From NCBI RefSeq assembly GCF_002113885.1, contig NW_018404123.1, positions 307,716-371,715 on the forward strand: DNA of 64,000 bases, in the 5' to 3' direction. Shown here in pieces: positions 41,301 to 56,300 of the stretch (its first letter is position 1; each line of letters opens with the position of its first letter). Under the pieces are notes generated by a model. That model made no database searches. It was not told the DNA's origin and was given only the letters and a program-made list of their open reading frames with translations. Source of the stretch: Mizuhopecten yessoensis. Lineage: Eukaryota. The position numbers and the translations under genes are program-made.

Positions 41301-44300
41301 TGATTCGAACATTCTACTTTTTTGCTATGTACACAGTCTGGTCTTGGTCTGTTCCCTATAATAGATTATTAAATCCGAGAAGGCACATCACTTGATACAA
41401 AGTAACATGGGGGTTTTTTGGTTTTTTTTTAACTAGCTTTGTTCTATTTTGATACAGTTATCTGTTGTTTCTCTGACTACAGACTTTTAGGAACAGTAGT
41501 GTTTCACTACGTGTTACATCTTGCTGTTGGGTACATTCTACTTTAATTTCATTGTTTCACCTGATAAGAACTTTACAAGGAAAATTCAGACTCAATTGCA
41601 GACTATATTCAAGAGAGTTTATGCAAAGAAAGGAAAGTAGGAAATGATCATTTAGGATATAGATTACTGGACTTTGCAGTTTATTTTACCAGTCATCAGC
41701 CAACTTATCAAACAAATTCAACATGAAATTACCGTGTTATTTTGGTAGATAAAAAATAAATAGATTTGGACCATATAAGAGGAAAATAATTCAGTTATAT
41801 CATTGGCTTAGTTATTTTATAACTCCTGTGCTCTGTAAACAACAAGTCACATTGAAATGAAAGATTTATGTATGTTTACACTTTCATCATAAACTAACAG
41901 TCATGCTTCATTTCTAGTGTGTACTGAGATAAAAAAAAAAAAAAAAAACAACACAACATCTGTGCAGTGTACCGGTATGTCCAAAAAAGGGGTGCCGAAA
42001 ACTTCATTTTCATTTTAGAGTGAAAACTTTTATTGAAGATAATTTTACTTTGGATGAGAAAATATGCTTATCTTATTTAAATCTTAAAGCAGAAACATTA
42101 TTTTAATCTGAGGAACTTAAACTTTTAACACAACAAGCCATCAATCAGAATTCTACACAATTAAACTTTTGTCATACAACACATGGTTGACTACTGAGGT
42201 ATGTTTAACTCGCTTTGGATAGGAGCGAATAGATTACAATTCTCAAAGGCTAGCTATAGGTTGACCAATGGACTGTGAACCTCTCTACTGTGTTTTCTAT
42301 TACTGACCTTGTATTTATCTTGCACAACAAACTAGGACGCAGAGGGCCAGGTAAGCCAGATTATCTCCCTTGGGGATTGAGTTGTCTCCCCTTTTATATA
42401 TCTTGTTTCACTTGCTCCATTAAACAAAGAAATGATTAATAGCCAAAAAGAAATATGTGAAAAAAGGAAAATGTCATGAAAAAAACATTTCAGTAAAACA
42501 TGTAAAATATTCTTTTCAAATCTGATTTGTTATCATAAATATTTTTTGGGAAGAATTACTTAACACTGTTTGACATTTATTGTTATGGAGCTAGGCCTGT
42601 GCATGTCTAAACTGAATGTCTGGTGAGCTGTTATCCTCAGCCATTTGTATTGTCCATGTACTGTACAACCCCCGCTTGCCTTGTCAACGAAATTTGTTTC
42701 TATTTTGATATCTGTGTATGAACTTGATGAATTTATTTTTCAATATTAGAGAAGATATGTAGGACTTGAATTTATGTTTGTTTGGTGGCTGTGCTTGTAT
42801 AGGCAGGTAGCTAGCTGCATGGAAGAGTCCTAATGCATTGAACAGTGTTCAGTCGACTCTCATAGTCACACAAAGTTACCAGGGACTGGACAGTAGGACA
42901 GCATTAGAAGAGCATACTACATTTTTAGTTGACTGATTAGAGATACCCCTACTCTGTACTTAATGTTTTTGATAGAAATGATATGATTATTGTATAATAT
43001 ATTGTTTGCAATGAATGTTATTAGAAGTATAGAGCATGCATTAGCTATACAGGCGATGAGGCGGGTCGGGAGAGGTGGGCGTATGTTAAACTTCAGTTAT
43101 GGTAATCACATAGAGAAACATTGGTCTGTTTTGACAACTCATTAGTGATTATAGGAAGTGTTTATATGATAACAAGTCCTTGTTTATTAAACATCTTTGT
43201 GGGTTTGTCTGATGGTATAGTCATTATATTTACAACGAGGCAGACAGGCTGGGATAAAACTGATCATGTTACTGTATACAGGAAGGAGGCATCTTCCCAC
43301 TCCAGATACCACTTACACATTCCCTTTAGTCATCCTTATGTTTTTACTAGAGCCAGTTAAAAAGAGAATTCGTTTTCTAATATTCCATCTTCTGTGTTTT
43401 GCATAATTGTTTACATGAGCGCATAAACATTTCATCTGTTCTACCTTACCTTGACGTGTAAATATCCTTTACAAAATAAAAGCCTTTTCTTAACTTTCTC
43501 AATTCATGTAGAAATTAGGATGTTTTTTTGCCTGGCTTTCAACAACATCTAGTCTCGTTAACATTGGACTAGCTCCATAAACAAATCAACAGTATCACTT
43601 ACTAGTGTCCCCATATTATAGAATCAACAGTCAATGGACATCCATAGTAGAGACTCAACAGTTCATGGACATCTGCAGTACAGACTCAACAGCCCATGTA
43701 CATGAATAGTACAGACTCAACAGTCTATGGACATCAATAGTACCTACTCAACAGTCCATAGACATCCATAGTAAAGACTCAACAATCCATGGACATCCAT
43801 AGTACAGAGTCAACAATCCATGGACATCCGCAGTACAGACTCAACAGTCCATGGACATCCATAGTACAGACTCAACAGTCCATGGACATCAATAGTACAG
43901 ACTCAACAGTCCATGGACATCCATATCACAGACTCAACAGTCCATGGACATCCCTAGTACAGACTCAACAGTTCATGGACATCGCAGTACAGACTCAACA
44001 GTCCATGGACATCCATAGTACAGACTCAACAGTCCATGGACATCAATAGTACAGACTCAACAGTCTATGGACATCCATAGTACAGACTCAACAGGCCATG
44101 GACATCCATAGTACAGACTCAACAGTCCATAGACATCAATAGTACCTACTCACCAGGCCATGGACAACCATAGTACAGACTCAACAGTCCATCCATGGAC
44201 ATCCATAGTACAGACTCAACAGTCCATGGCCATCCATATTACAGACTCAACAGTCCATGGACATCCATAGAACAGACTCAATAGGCCATGGACATCCATA

Positions 44301-47300
44301 TTACAGACTCAACAGTCCATGGATATCTATCTTACAGACTCAACAGTCCGTGGACATCTGCAGTACAGACTCAACAGTCCATGGACATCCATAGTACATA
44401 CTCAACAGTCCATGGACATCCATAGTACAGACCCAACAGTCCATGAACATCCATAGTACAGACTCAACAGTCCATGGATATCTATCTTACAGACTCAACA
44501 GTCCGTGGACATCTGCAGTACAGACTCAACAGTCCATGGACAGCCATAGTACATACTCAACAGTCCATGGACATCCATAGTACAGACCCAACAGTCCATG
44601 AACATCCATAGTACAGACTCAACAGTCCATGGACATCAATAGAACCTACTCAACATGCCATGGACATCCATAGTACAGACCCAACAGTCCATGAACATCC
44701 ATAGTACAGACTCAACAGTCCATGGATATCCATAGTACAGACTCAACAGTCTATGGACATCCATAGTCCAGACTCAACAGTTTATGGACATGCATATTAC
44801 AGACTCATCAATCCATGGACATCAATAGTACAAACTCAACAGTCTATGGACATCCATAGTACAGACTCAACAGACCATGGACATCCATAGTACAGACCCA
44901 ACAGTCCATGAACATCCATAGTACAGACTCAACAGTCCATGGATATCCATAGTACAGACTCAACAGTCTATGGACATCCATAGTACAGACTCAACAGACC
45001 ATGGACATCCATAGTACAGACCCAACAGTCCATGAACATCCATAGTACAGACTCAACAGTCCATGGATATCTATCTTACAGACTCAACAGTCCGTGGACA
45101 TCTGCAGTACAGACTCAACAGTCCATGGACAGCCATAGTACATACTCAACAGTCCATGGACATCCATAGTAGAGACTCAACAGTCCATGGATATCCATAG
45201 TACAGACTCAACAGTCTATGGACATCCATAGTACAGACTCAACAGACCATGGACATCCATAGTACAGACCCAACAGTCCATGAACATCCATAGTACAGAC
45301 TCAACAGTCCATGGACATCAATAGAACCTACTCAACAGGCCATGGACATCCATAGTACAGACCCAACAGTCTATGGACATCCATAGTACAGACTCAACAG
45401 TCCATGGACATCCATAGTACAGACTCAACAGTCCATCCATGGATATCCATAGTAAAGACTCAACAGTTAATGGACATCCATAGTACAGACTCAACAGTCC
45501 ATGGACATCAATAGAACCTACTCAACAGGCCATGGACATCCATAGTACAGCCCCAACAGTCTATGGACATCCATAGTACAGACTCAACAGTCTATGGACA
45601 TCCATAGTACAGACTCAACAGTCTATGGACATCCATAGTACAGACTCAACAGTCCATGGACATCCATAGTACAGACTCAACAGTCCATGGACATCCATAG
45701 TACAGACTCAACAGTCCATGGACATCCATAGTACAGACTCAACAGTCCATGGACATCCATAGTACAGACTCAACAGTCCATGGACATCCATAGTACAGAC
45801 TCAACAGTCCATGGACATCCATAGTACAGACTCAACAGTCCATGGACATCCATAGTACAGACTCAACAGTCCATGGACATCCATAGTACAGACTCAACAG
45901 TCCATGGACATCCATAGTACAGACTCAACAGTCCATGGACATCCATAGTACAGACTCAACAGTCCATGGACATCCATAGTACAGACTCAACAGTCCATGG
46001 ACATCCATAGTACAGACTCAACAGTCCATGGACATCCATAGTACAGACTCAACAGTCCATGGACATCCATAGTACAGACTCAACAGTCCATGGACATCCA
46101 TAGTACAGACTCAACAGTCCATGGACATCCATAGTACAGACTCAACAGTCCATGGACATCCATAGTACAGACTCAACAGTCCATGGACATCCATAGTACA
46201 TACTCAACAGTCCATGGACATCCATAGTACAGACTCAACAGTCCATGGATATCCATAGTACAGACTCAACAGTCTATGGACATCAATAATACCTACTCAA
46301 CAGTACATGGACATCCATAGTACAGCCTCAACAGCCCATGGACATCCATAGTACAGACTCAACAGCCCATGGACATCCATAGTACAGACTCAACAGTCTT
46401 ACATAGGGCCTCCTTCATATGGCTGAAAGCCCCCTAACCCCATCCCCTGGATTAGTGTACAACTTACAACAGAACATCTCCCTCCCCTCATATCATCACT
46501 GGCCTAACACAACTTCAGGCAGAATGCTTAGTCCTACCCTTCACCCTCACTATGTCAGTAAATAGCTTAACTCAATCTTATCCTTCACCTATATAACTAT
46601 TTATAGCTTTATGTGCATGTCAGCCAATCAAAACACTTGCTGGTCAGTGTACCTTGTTCCAAATAGTTCACAGCAATATATTGGTTTATGGTAGAGTACA
46701 CAACTCATTTAGAATAAGGAATTTTACACATGTGAAGACTTGATAAGTTACTATGGTGATCAAGTTCCACACTTTTGCCGGTGTGAGATATCCTTGTCTC
46801 ACCTTAGGGTTGAGACGGGGGGATTCCCCTATTCACAACAATGTTATGACGTCATATCAACAATACAATGATGTCATGTCAACAATCCATCAACGTAACG
46901 TCAACCCTTACTTTTAGCCTGTAATGTTAACATTACATTATGTATATGATACACAATGGCAGAACAGGGTAAGGGAAAAAGAATCATTCACCCCCTTGAG
47001 GGTGAGATAGGGGAATCTCAACCCTCAGTGAAAGATTTTTAAGTTGCCAAACACTTGGCTTTCCCCAAGGGGGTGAATGAATCTATTATTCTACCTAACA
47101 TAGGGTGAAAATTTGACTGCAGTGAGCCTTTCCCATTGTATAGTATATAATGGAGAATGAATGAAGTACAAAAAGGGAGTCAATTTTGTAGACTTACTTC
47201 ATTTGCAGGTTGATCTTTAGATTATGAAAATTAAAATTATTAAAATCTAACACCATTGCATTTTTCAATATATTGTGATAATTAAACTTAACTCATTCAC

Positions 47301-50300
47301 CCCTGAAATTTCATAATGAATGTATTCAAACCATTGAAATGGAAGAGTTCAAATGTGTCTATAGGGGTGAATGAGTTAAGATGGGTTTGCTCTCATTTTC
47401 CATATATCTAAGCATAACCGTTAACCACCATTTCTTGTTGTTCTTCATTGAATCATTGCCATCAGGGTGAACAGTCTTTACTGAAACCTGTGGCAGCTCA
47501 TCTATAGAGTATAACCGTATGATAGATCATCTATAGAGTATAACAGTATGATAGATCATCTATAGAGTATAATAGTATGATAGATCATCTATAGAGTATA
47601 ACAGTATGATAGATTATCTATAGAGTATAACAGTATGATAGATCATCTATAGAGTATAACGGTATGATAGATCATGTATAGAGTATAACAGTATGATAGA
47701 TCATCTATAGAGTATAACGGTATGATAGATCATATAGAGTATAACAGTATGATAGATCAACTATAGAGTATAACAGTATCATAGATCATGCAATCAAAAT
47801 CACAGAATTTTATTCACCGGGAAGGCAACAAATTTATGGTAAAATTGCATGTTATTTTGGTGATGAGAATATTTTGCTGTATGATAAAAACATAGGTTGA
47901 TACAGGGTAGTTAGACAGAGATTAAACAGGGTGTATCGACTCCTGCTTAGGGTGATATTTCTGTGTCTTAAAGGTCTGCCGTACGAGGTGACAGTCTGGA
48001 CAAGCAACAAAACAAGTGCTGGAACCGACGCCAATGTCTTCCTTCAGATGTACGGTGACAGCGGCAAAACGGAGAAGGAAGTCCTCAACAACCGCTCAGA
48101 TAATTTTGAAGCCAACAAGAAGGACACGTTCAAGGTCATACGCTCATATAAAATTAGCTGAGTTCAAGGTCATACAATCATATAAAATTAGCTGAGTTCA
48201 AGGTCATAAAATATGAGATAGAGTGAGCTAAGTTTAATGTCATAATAATAGATAGAATGTTCAAGGTCATAATGATAAATAGAATGTTCAATGTCATAAT
48301 AATAGAGAGAATGTTCAAGGTCATAATAATAGATAGAATGTTCAAGGTCATAATGATTGATAGAATGTTCAAAGTCATGCAATCAAAAGGAATTGATTTT
48401 TGCCTTACAATATCACATGGAAAGAGCTATAACTAAAAATATTCAAATTGAAAATTGAAATGTCAGTAAGTACTAATGTAAATTAGGATAGTGGATGCAA
48501 TGTAATAATAATAGTTCTGAAGACGATTTCAAGATGAAAAAAGTAAGCCTTGTTGAAAGAAAGACATTGTTATTCTGTAACGTTAATATTCTGTTTTGAT
48601 CCTAAATTGATATTTTATAGAAAAGTGCCTTAAAATAACTAGAGTTGGTTTGTGATTGTTACAGATTGAAGCATCTGATGTCGGCAGGATCCAGAAGATT
48701 AGGATCGGCCACGACAGTGTTGGAATGTTTTCTGGATGGCATCTTGAAAAGGTAGGAGTTATCTTCTCTTGTTTCACATGTTTTGACCATTAACATGGAT
48801 GTTATCTGGATGACATCTTAAAAAGGTAGGAGTTATCTTCTCCTGTTTCACATCATTCACATGGATGTTTTTTGGATAACATCTTGAAAAGGTTGGAGTT
48901 ATCTTCTCCTGTTTCACATCTTTTGACCATTCACATGGATGTTTTGTGGATGGCATTTTGGAAAGGTAGGAGTTATCTTCTCCTGTTTCACATTTTTTTT
49001 ACCATTCGCCATTGCATTAATGGTCAAGCAATATTTTCATTTTAACTCAAGTTAGACTCAATGAAACTACCAAATGTTGTACATTTCATTTGCTCATGGA
49101 ATTGAACAGATTAAAATGTTGATGCATATGAGATTTTGTCTAAGTATTAATCCAACATTGCAACAATAAAAGGTTTCTTTGTATTTATTGAACATGGCTT
49201 TACTGACAAATATATAAGTCCATAATCACACTATGCTTGTGTGCTATAAAAATGGTCCATGATGTAGACTAGCACAAGTTCCAGTATATCGGGTGTATAA
49301 TGATAGACTTACACAAGTTCCAGGTTTTATTCTGATTTATATCAACAACAATCTGTTTGATTGCTGTAACAGTTTGTGTGTCTCTTACATATCAGTATAT
49401 GTGATTACTGATTGCTGTAACAGTATATGTGATTACTGATTGCTGTAACAGTATGTGTGATTACTGATTGCTGTAACAGTATATGTGATTACTGATCGCT
49501 GTAACAGAATGTGTGATTACTGACCGGTGTAACAGTATGTGTGATTACTGAATGCTGTAACAGTGTGCGTGTTTACTGATCGCTGTAACAGTGTGTGTAT
49601 TTACTGATAGCTGTAACAGTAATGAGTATGTGTGTTTACTGATAGCTGTAACAGTATGTGTGTTTACTGATTGCTGTAACAGTAAGTGTGATTACTGAAT
49701 GCTGTAACAGTATGTCTGTTTACTGATTGCTGTAACAGTATGTGTATTTACTGATAGCTGTAACGATATGTGTATTTACTGATCGCTGTAACAGTATGTG
49801 TATTAACTGATTGCTGTACCAGTATGTGTAATTACTGATCGTTGTAACAGTATGTGTGTTTACTGATCGCTGTAAAAGTATGTGTGATTACTGATCGCTG
49901 TAACAGTATGTGTGATTACTGATCGCTGTAACAGTATGTGCATTTACTGATCGCTGTAATGGTATGTGTGTTTACTGATTGCCGTAACAGTATGTGCATT
50001 TACTGATCGCTGTAAAAGTATGTGTGTTTACTCATCGCTGTAACAGTATGTGAATTTACTGATCACTGTAACGGTATGTGTGTTTACTGATTGACGTAAC
50101 AGTGTGTGTGTTTACTCATCGCTGTAACAGTATGTGTGTTTACTGATCACCGTAATGGTATGTGTGTTTACTGATTGCTGTAACAGTGTGTGTGTTTACT
50201 GATTGCTGTAACAATATGTGTGTTTACTGATCACCGGATGGTATGTGTATTTACTGATCGCTGTAACAGTATGTGTTTTTACTGATTGCTGTAACAGTAT

Positions 50301-53300
50301 GTGTTTTTACTGATCATTGTAACAGTATGTGTATTTGCTGTAACAGGTTTTGATCCAGAGACACCCAATAAAGGGAACACGTAAGACCCCCAAGCGCAAA
50401 CGAACTCCATCAGCAAATGAGCGACGGAAGTCCCTGGTGTCTGACCTACAAGAAAGAGATGAGGATTCCGACGGAAGTAACTCCTCCTCGTCTCCCACAC
50501 CTCGCCGAAGAAGAAGTTTCAAGAAACACAAAGAGCCAGAGCTAAAGACAGTGGAAGAGGAAAGTGAGGAGGATGTTTATGATGGCACAGAGACGGAGGA
50601 TTACTGGTTCTTTGTCAATGAGTGGTTTGCTCGCAGCGAAGGTGACGGAGCTATCCAAAGGGAGTTCACTCCCACCGACAAGGATGGCAAGCCACTCAAG
50701 GGGGCTCTCCAAGGTAACACATACTTTATATTTGAATTGATTATTGCAAGAATGGAAAATAGTCATCAGACACAAGCCATAAAATTGTTTTATGTATGTA
50801 CATTCCAACCTACCTTAGAGACCACATGCATATAACTACTGGTTTATGAAGTCCTCAGTTGTTTCCTTTCTTATTTCAACAACCTGTCTATACCGACCAC
50901 TTGTCCATAAAACTGTTTTTGCTTTTTCCCTGGGGTAGTCATTACAGACATTTTTGACCATGTATCACACTTATTTAAAAAATACTTGTTTCAAATATTT
51001 TATTCTTCATCATAATTCATCCACTAACGTTTCAAGTCGATATTTTCACTTACTCAACATTGTTGGAATGAAAAGCTTCTATGTCTAAAATAAATTGAAT
51101 ATTTTCCAAAAATAGCTTATATGAAAAACTTGTGTCAGATTAAAGATAATAAGGTATCAGGAGTATACATACTACGATAACCATTATGATCGTTATGTAA
51201 CCTTACGATGAAAGCTTCCGTGTGCTTGATCTTGTAGGACAAGCTAGTGGTGAGTTTAGTTATTGTACACACACAGTCACATTGATTCCTGTCACATAAC
51301 ACAAGTTTAGTTATTGTACACAGTCACATTGATTCCTGTCACATTACACAATACTTCACAAATATAAATTCCAATACAACTCTTCATCGGTTGACACACA
51401 TTTTGGCACCTTTACATTGTGTTAAGTTTTATGAAAATTTGTTTTTAAATTTGAGGGCTATGTTTTAATATGGGTGAATTTCATTATACCAGTACTTGTC
51501 AGGCCTGATTAAAAATATGGATATTTGGATATTTCATACATAACTTTACCTCCTGTTTTTACATCATCTAAACAATTACTATTATTATAATAGTTGTGTT
51601 TTAAGGAGAGATCTTGTTGTATATTGTTTACTCCAGCAGTAGTTTGAAAGCAAGTCTAGTTTGTCAGAACTGTGTCATAAGTGATTTTTCTCACCTCTCT
51701 ATTCTGGTTTTGACTGGGTCTCCCTCCCTGGGCACTCATCACCATTCGACCACAGTTGTTGGGAGGATGTTAACATACCAGCCACATCACCAAGTCAAAA
51801 AATCATTAACTACAGCTCTGTCATAAATGTACTATACACAAACACGAACACATATCTGTCGTCAGTTGTCTACATTCGGATGTCACAATGGGTGTTATCA
51901 CACAAGCTAGTGCATAACAAATTTGACTCACTGCACACCATGAAAGGTGATAAAGTAAAGTCTGTAATCATGTCTTTTTATTTGTGTTACAGATGTCGAG
52001 TATGAAATACATGTGTTTACCGGAAATGTGCGAGGTGCAGGTACAGACTCCAATGTGTTTGTCAACATATACGGGGAAAAGTTCGACTCCGGCGAAAGGC
52101 AGCTCAAAGATTCAAACAACTTAAATAAGTTTGAAAATGGCCAGGTACACAATTTGTTTTAATATGACCTGTAGTGTCACGATAAAATTAAAAACTATGG
52201 ACAATGACTGGTACATATTCTGCCATCCTTAAGGCACTTGAGACTTCTGTATACCAGGAAACTATCGCTGAGTCAAGTATTCTCCCTTCACATGTAATTA
52301 CTATTGAGGGTAAACTGTGAACTAATAGTCTCCCTTCACATGTAATTACTATTTAGGGTAAACTGTGTACTAATTGTCTCCCTTCACATGTAATTACTAT
52401 TGAGGGTAAACTGTGTACTAATAGTCTCCCTTTACATGTAATTACTATAAAGGGTAAACTGTGAACTAATAATCTCCCTTCACATGTAATTACTATAGAG
52501 GGTAAACTGTGTACTAATATTCGCTGTCATGAAAAATTCACCCTTATTGCAAAGGGCGAAAAAAGGCAAAAATGAAACTACCCGGTATAAAGTATCAAAG
52601 CTTGTTATAGTTGAGTAACACAAATTGATGTTAAGTGCAGATGCTCAGCTTTTGTACCTTTTGATCTTCTTCAAAGACCGTAGTGAGAAAAATTTGTCTT
52701 TCCGATGATACAACGTGATTGCAGAATATTGATCGTGTCATTTAGTCAACATTTTAATTATTAAAATGGTAAAATTTACTTGAATCATGCTGCTTTACAG
52801 GAGGATATTTTCAAGATGAATATTAAAGATTTGGGACGGTTAGTGAAATTGCGTATTCGCCATGACAACGCAGGAATTGGTGCCGCCTGGTACCTTGATA
52901 GAGTTGAAGTTGTTGATACGAGGAAACGACAAACGTAAGTTTAAATATCTTAAAAAATAAATAATAAAAAGCAATAAATGGAGATGTTGCTCATTCATGT
53001 TTTGTTTTAAATGTGCAGTTATTGTTCATACAAGTACAAAACAATCAGTTAATGTGAACTCTTTTGTGTTGAAGTTTCTACTTCCTGTGTCAGCGTTGGT
53101 TGGCGACAGGAGAAGATGACGGACAAATCTGTAGAGAACTGGTTCCTGTTGATAAATCATTGCTTGGTAAATCAGGAAAGGATTCTGCTAGGGCTGAGGT
53201 CGCCCTGGAAACCAAAGGTAATGTATCGTTAGTTTTATATGATAAAATGACATTGCATACTTGTATAAAATACCATCAAATCTAATACTTCCACGCACTG

Positions 53301-56300
53301 AACCTAAATTTGATTGTGACCTTAACAAGTATATTTTTGAATGATTCATAAGTTGGGGAAAAGTTTGATTCTATCTCCCTATTTGTAACTGTTTTAGAAA
53401 GGTGACAGAAAATTAGTTCAATTTAGTGCTCCATCTGCTAAAAAGATTTAAAAGATTTATTCCATTTTGTTTTCACAGCTGCCATGACAACTTACTATGT
53501 GAATGTGAAGACAGGAACAGTATGGGGGGCGGGAACTGATGCCAATGTTTATATCCTACTGTTCGGTGACAAGGACCATACAGGTGAGAGGGAGACAACT
53601 CTGGCACTCAGATATAAACAAGAGCTATGAAATGTACCGGTATCTTTGTTTTATGTCATCTAATCAGTAGTACTTTGTAAAGTCCAATTTTTAAAGCAGA
53701 TTCTGGCAAAAGGCTTAATCTTTCTTGTTCAAATTTTCATCACCTCAAATTAATGTATTGATCAATGAAAGAAAAAATACCAGGATGAGAAGTAGAATGC
53801 ATCTAGCACAGAAACTGATTTTTTTTTTGTTCAAAGAAAAGTTATACAATTTTTTGATAATTATTGTTGCTATCTTGTCTCAGACACTATCTTCCTGAAA
53901 TCATCCATGACAAACAAGAACAAGTTTGAAGGTGGACAGACAGACAAGTTCCTGGTGGAGGCTGTCAACATCGGTGAACTTAAGAAAATCAAGTGAGTAA
54001 GAGATTATGTGTCAAGTTATCCCACTCATCAAGACTTCATTTAAAACATATTTTATTTCATAATATATTTATCTAGCAGAGGAGACATCCAGTTAGTATC
54101 TGTAAAGGATTGCTATTCTACAGAATGTGGTCACCATCAAATATCTTTTAGTATTTTTTTGACATTGCCTTGTTTTTGTCACCAGGATTGGCCATGACGA
54201 TGCAGGAGGTGGCGCCCCCTGGTTCCTTGATAATGTGGTAATTGACAGCCCGTCACTAGGCAAATGTTGGGTATTCCCCTGTAATAAGTGGCTCAGCTCT
54301 AAGGATGGGGATTGTCAACTAGAGCGTGAACTCTGGCCACAGGAGCTAAACACCCAGGAGTACACACCATGTAAGTATAGCTCAATAAGGCAACTGTACA
54401 TGCAGAGAGGAAGGCGTGGATCACAGTAAACATTTACCGTACATTTCAATACCTGGTATATCTAATTAAAGTCATCTGCAGGTTTGTGCTTTAAGAAAAT
54501 AAACCAAAAATCAATTCATGATTTGTCAAGATAACAAGAGATCCCAGAGGGATCTTGGCGCCTACCATTGTACCATATTCAAAACTGAATTAATGTATTC
54601 AAAATGTATTTTATAAATTGGAAATGGATTCCTTAAAAATTTAAAGAAAAGAAAAATGCTCCTTTTTCCTTTTGAAATCCACACAAGGAGTCACATAGTA
54701 AGATGTCATGACAACTGTAAAGAGAAAACGAAAAACTGGAATAAATCAGAAATTTAATCACTAATATCTTTCTGGCAGATGAAGCACTATATTAAACTAA
54801 TCTTCTGATTAATATCTTTCAAGGAGGAAACAAGAAAGTGGGATTAATTTTGATCCTTCATATTACATAATAATGTATAAGAAATTTTCACTCAGCAATG
54901 ATGCTATGAATTCATATTACAAAATATGCCAATATGTTTGCTATGCATATTTTTAAATACATTTGTAAAAAGTTCACACGGATTGAAGATGTGACTGAGC
55001 AATGAGATGTAACCCATACTTACCTTTTCCCAGGTATCCCATACGAGATCAAAGTGTACACGTCGGACAAGTCAGGGGCGGGTACCAGTGCTGAAGTCTA
55101 CATCCAACTGTACGGCAAGGAGTTGTGCACCACTCAAAAACAGATGTGTCCCACCAAACGCGAACGAAATGACAAGTTTAAGCGCAATGCCTGTGATCTC
55201 TTCCTGCTTGAGGTAGTTATTCACATATCAGATAGACTTCAGTAATAGAAACATTTATATCCATTAACAAATTTTATCCATAAAAAAATAATTAGAAAAA
55301 GACGATCAGTTTATCACTCTTAAGAATTTTATATTTTGGCTATAATACAACCATGCTTTGTTGTAGCTGTTTGGATCATGAACTTCTTGTAAATATTGTT
55401 GAAATCATTGAAAATAAACTATAATGGAACCAAAAAAGGATTCAAATAATTCACATTTATGATATGAAATAGACTTTACCTTTGTACTGTAAAACCTGTC
55501 TATTGTGACCTCTGATACCCTCTCTAATCAGACAACAATATTTATAGTGTCAGATTATCCAGGTCTCACTGTACATATATCTCTATGCTTATCAGTGTTA
55601 ATATTCTGCCTGGGTTTGGACACACAGTAACTTTGACGTTTACAGTAGACTATATATAGTATGCTATGTACTAATGTACCTGTTTCTCATTATGGAAGAC
55701 GGAAAGTGTTAAAATTAAACTGGGATAAAAAAAATACCAGAATACTACAGGAGTTTGACGCACATATTATAAAAGACTGTGACATCATAAAAGAATGACA
55801 TGTTCCTCATTATTGTCTGGTTTTTGACAGATGGAGGATGTCGGGGACACAATAGAGAAAATCAGGATTGGACACAACAATTCAGGCTTGACGGCTGGCT
55901 GGCATCTCAATCGTGTCGAGATCCGCAAACTCCACGAAACTGGACGGGTAAGTCTGTCAGCGTATATCTGACTTCAAATAGCTCTCTGGATTGGCGGACA
56001 TTTACATTATTTAAATCAAGATGTCTGCTTCTATGTTTACATATACGTGCATTGAATTAACATGAAATGTTGAGAAATGAAACTGAGAAAAAAGGAACAA
56101 TTAACTCTGAAGTTAAATTACCATATAGTAAAATCTCGATAAAATGCCTATCTTTCCATTTGCCACCAACTCATTTCAACTCATTTCAAGGTCATATTTT
56201 TCTTTTTCGTAGGAATTCCTTTATTTATTTGGCAATAAATGTAGTTCAAAATGAAATGAGGAGAATTATAACAAGGTTTCACTGACAATAATGTTGGCCT

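Noticed and set aside
42795-42812. tatAG|GCAG|GTAG 4-nt exon
   Set aside because: Not frame-preserving, weak pyrimidine tract.
43619-46399. Regular arrays here and at 2657, 19486 and 29043 as CRISPR arrays
   Set aside because: Head-to-tail repeats with no unique spacers, no cas genes, and an intron-containing eukaryotic context.
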